DNA of 64,000 nucleotides, taken from Octopus sinensis. Its lineage: Eukaryota. The stretch is taken from assembly GCF_006345805.1 (NCBI RefSeq), contig NC_042999.1, forward strand, positions 168,392,001-168,456,000. Reading direction: 5' to 3'. Shown here piece after piece: positions 62,303-64,000 of the stretch (positions are counted from its first letter, which is position 1; every line of letters starts with the position of its first letter). The notes under the pieces were generated by a model that searched no databases, had not been told where the DNA came from, and saw only the letters and a list, made by a program, of their open reading frames with translations. Position numbers and translations under genes: made by a program.

Positions 62303-64000
62303 TTAAACACCATCTTTATTGTTTGAATATTTAACTTCACTTAAGGATGAAATTCCTCTTGCTGTGTACTTCCTTTTTGGAAATAGTTCTGCCAATTGTA
62401 CTTTATAAAACAGAGAATATGACCAATGATATTTCAATTCTCAAGAGCCATTATAATTAGCATGTGATTCAAAGGTTTGATTGAATGGCAATTTGAATAT
62501 AGGATTATATTTTCATGGGTAGTTAATTATTGAAGAGAGAAAATACGATTGTTTAAAAATGCATACTGTTCTGCTGTATTCGCATCAAAACAACATTGGC
62601 AGTTTTTGTAGATTTATGTATTACCATAAAAAGAAACTTAGCAGAGTTTTAGCCCTCACTCTAAACTGAATCTTCCATATATTTGAAGAATGAATTTATA
62701 TTAAATATTTATGTTAAAAATTAATAAAAGTTCTCCTTTCATGTTTATCTTTGAAATTTAAGTGGTTTAACTTTTTTCAAGGTAATTTAAACTAATAGTC
62801 AAAATGATTTTATCAAAAACAAGTCAAGATATTTTTAAGGAAATAGAAAAAAATTTCTTCTTCTTTTAACAACCTTTTTCCTTCACTTATAAATCCATTG
62901 ATTATTCTAGGTTTAATATGGATTAAGTTCAATCTTTCAATCTTAAGGAAATAACTTCTTTCAAGCAGATATGAATATGAACTGTTAAAGAATTTATGAA
63001 AAAATTAAACTTCCCATTCTTACAATGAATAATCTTTATACTCCAGCTGTTTTCCCCAAGGGGTATAGTATTGCACTCTCAAGATCAGACAGGTGCAAAA
63101 AACACTGTTTTGAAGCCTTTGTCAAGAAACTGAGATTTTCCCTACTGAATTTGGAAGTACTTCTACCAATTCTTTCTGATGTTATATACAAGTTCAAGGT
63201 CAGGTGAATTCTAGACTGCTGCTGCTATACACTCATTGGAGCTGGTGGTTCTGTTTTCTTGCTGCATATTCCTTAACTACCTCTAAAAGAAAATAAAGGC
63301 TATATTCTTTAAGGAATGATCTATGACAAAATTATCGCAACTATATTTTGGTTTATACACTCTTGCTGCTTTCTGCTTTCTCTATCACTTCTCTGATATA
63401 TTTTGGGAAGATTCCTACTCATTATTACGCTGCACAATGGTTTGTAGCCTGTGCTACTTGGTAATTCGTACTTATTTTCTGCTAAATGAATCTTTGCAAA
63501 AAGGAAATTGTATTCTGAAATTTACTTGAGTTTTATTCAATCTAGACTAAAGATTAACAAACATCATAGTTTCTCTGCTGCTCTAAGGGCTTTGGGGCTT
63601 CAATTTCTCATTTCTTGCATCTTCATAAGAATAAAGAAATGTCTTACTGAAAACAGTTCGATTTATTTATAATATTTTCTTATTAATAAAAAAACTTTAA
63701 AAAAACTACATGCAGTGGTGGAGCAGTGCCAGAAAGTAGCACAACAAACTAAATGCATTACAGCAGTTAGTTCTCTCTCTCTCTCTCTCTTTTTTTTTTT
63801 TTTTTGAGAGTGTATTCTGTTAGGTTCCACTTATCATTTTGTTGTTCTGGCATCAATAACAAGAATACAAGCATGTTTTGGGGCAGTTTATCCAGAGATA
63901 TTTCTCTCTGATTAATATATTTGTTTATTATTATTATTAATTAATAAGAAACTCGCACAGATAAGTGTAATTGATCTAGCTGCTACTCAGTTTGATGTTT

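Noticed and set aside
62880-63530. Candidate transmembrane exon following exon G
   Set aside because: The acceptors tested (62910, ~63214) lead to stops or lack a donor in the required phase 1. The TM exon probably lies beyond the window.

Overview
AT-rich, repeat-saturated metazoan genomic DNA. The repeat families (tRNA/CORE and Nin/Deu-type SINEs, RTE and CR1 LINEs, (TA)n/(CA)n microsatellites) look like those of octopus or another coleoid cephalopod; this is inference, not a database result. No prokaryotic operon, rRNA, true tRNA gene or CRISPR array is supported. One host gene crosses the window on the + strand. It has seven small GT-AG exons (17685-61230) whose phases chain into a single 303-codon open frame, encoding a glycosylated, FnIII-like ectodomain that resembles invertebrate IL-17 receptors. 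Its 5' exon and its TM/cytoplasmic exons were not found. The rest is intron or intergenic DNA filled with transposon remnants: RTE, CR1/L2-like, Penelope-like (RT+GIY-YIG), mariner, hAT and piggyBac-type MITEs, Helentron-like elements and SINEs. The most striking unexplained structure is a set of type-I hammerhead ribozyme (HHR) motifs of the Penelope pLTR kind. Four of them are mirrored inside head-to-head palindromes or inverted repeats (23055-23544, 25983-26126, 48864-49143, 59546-59920), three of which abut (TA)n tracts, all within introns of the receptor gene. Almost all ORFs in the supplied track are microsatellite or transposon artefacts. Transposon boundaries are approximate unless a TSD or TIR is quoted.
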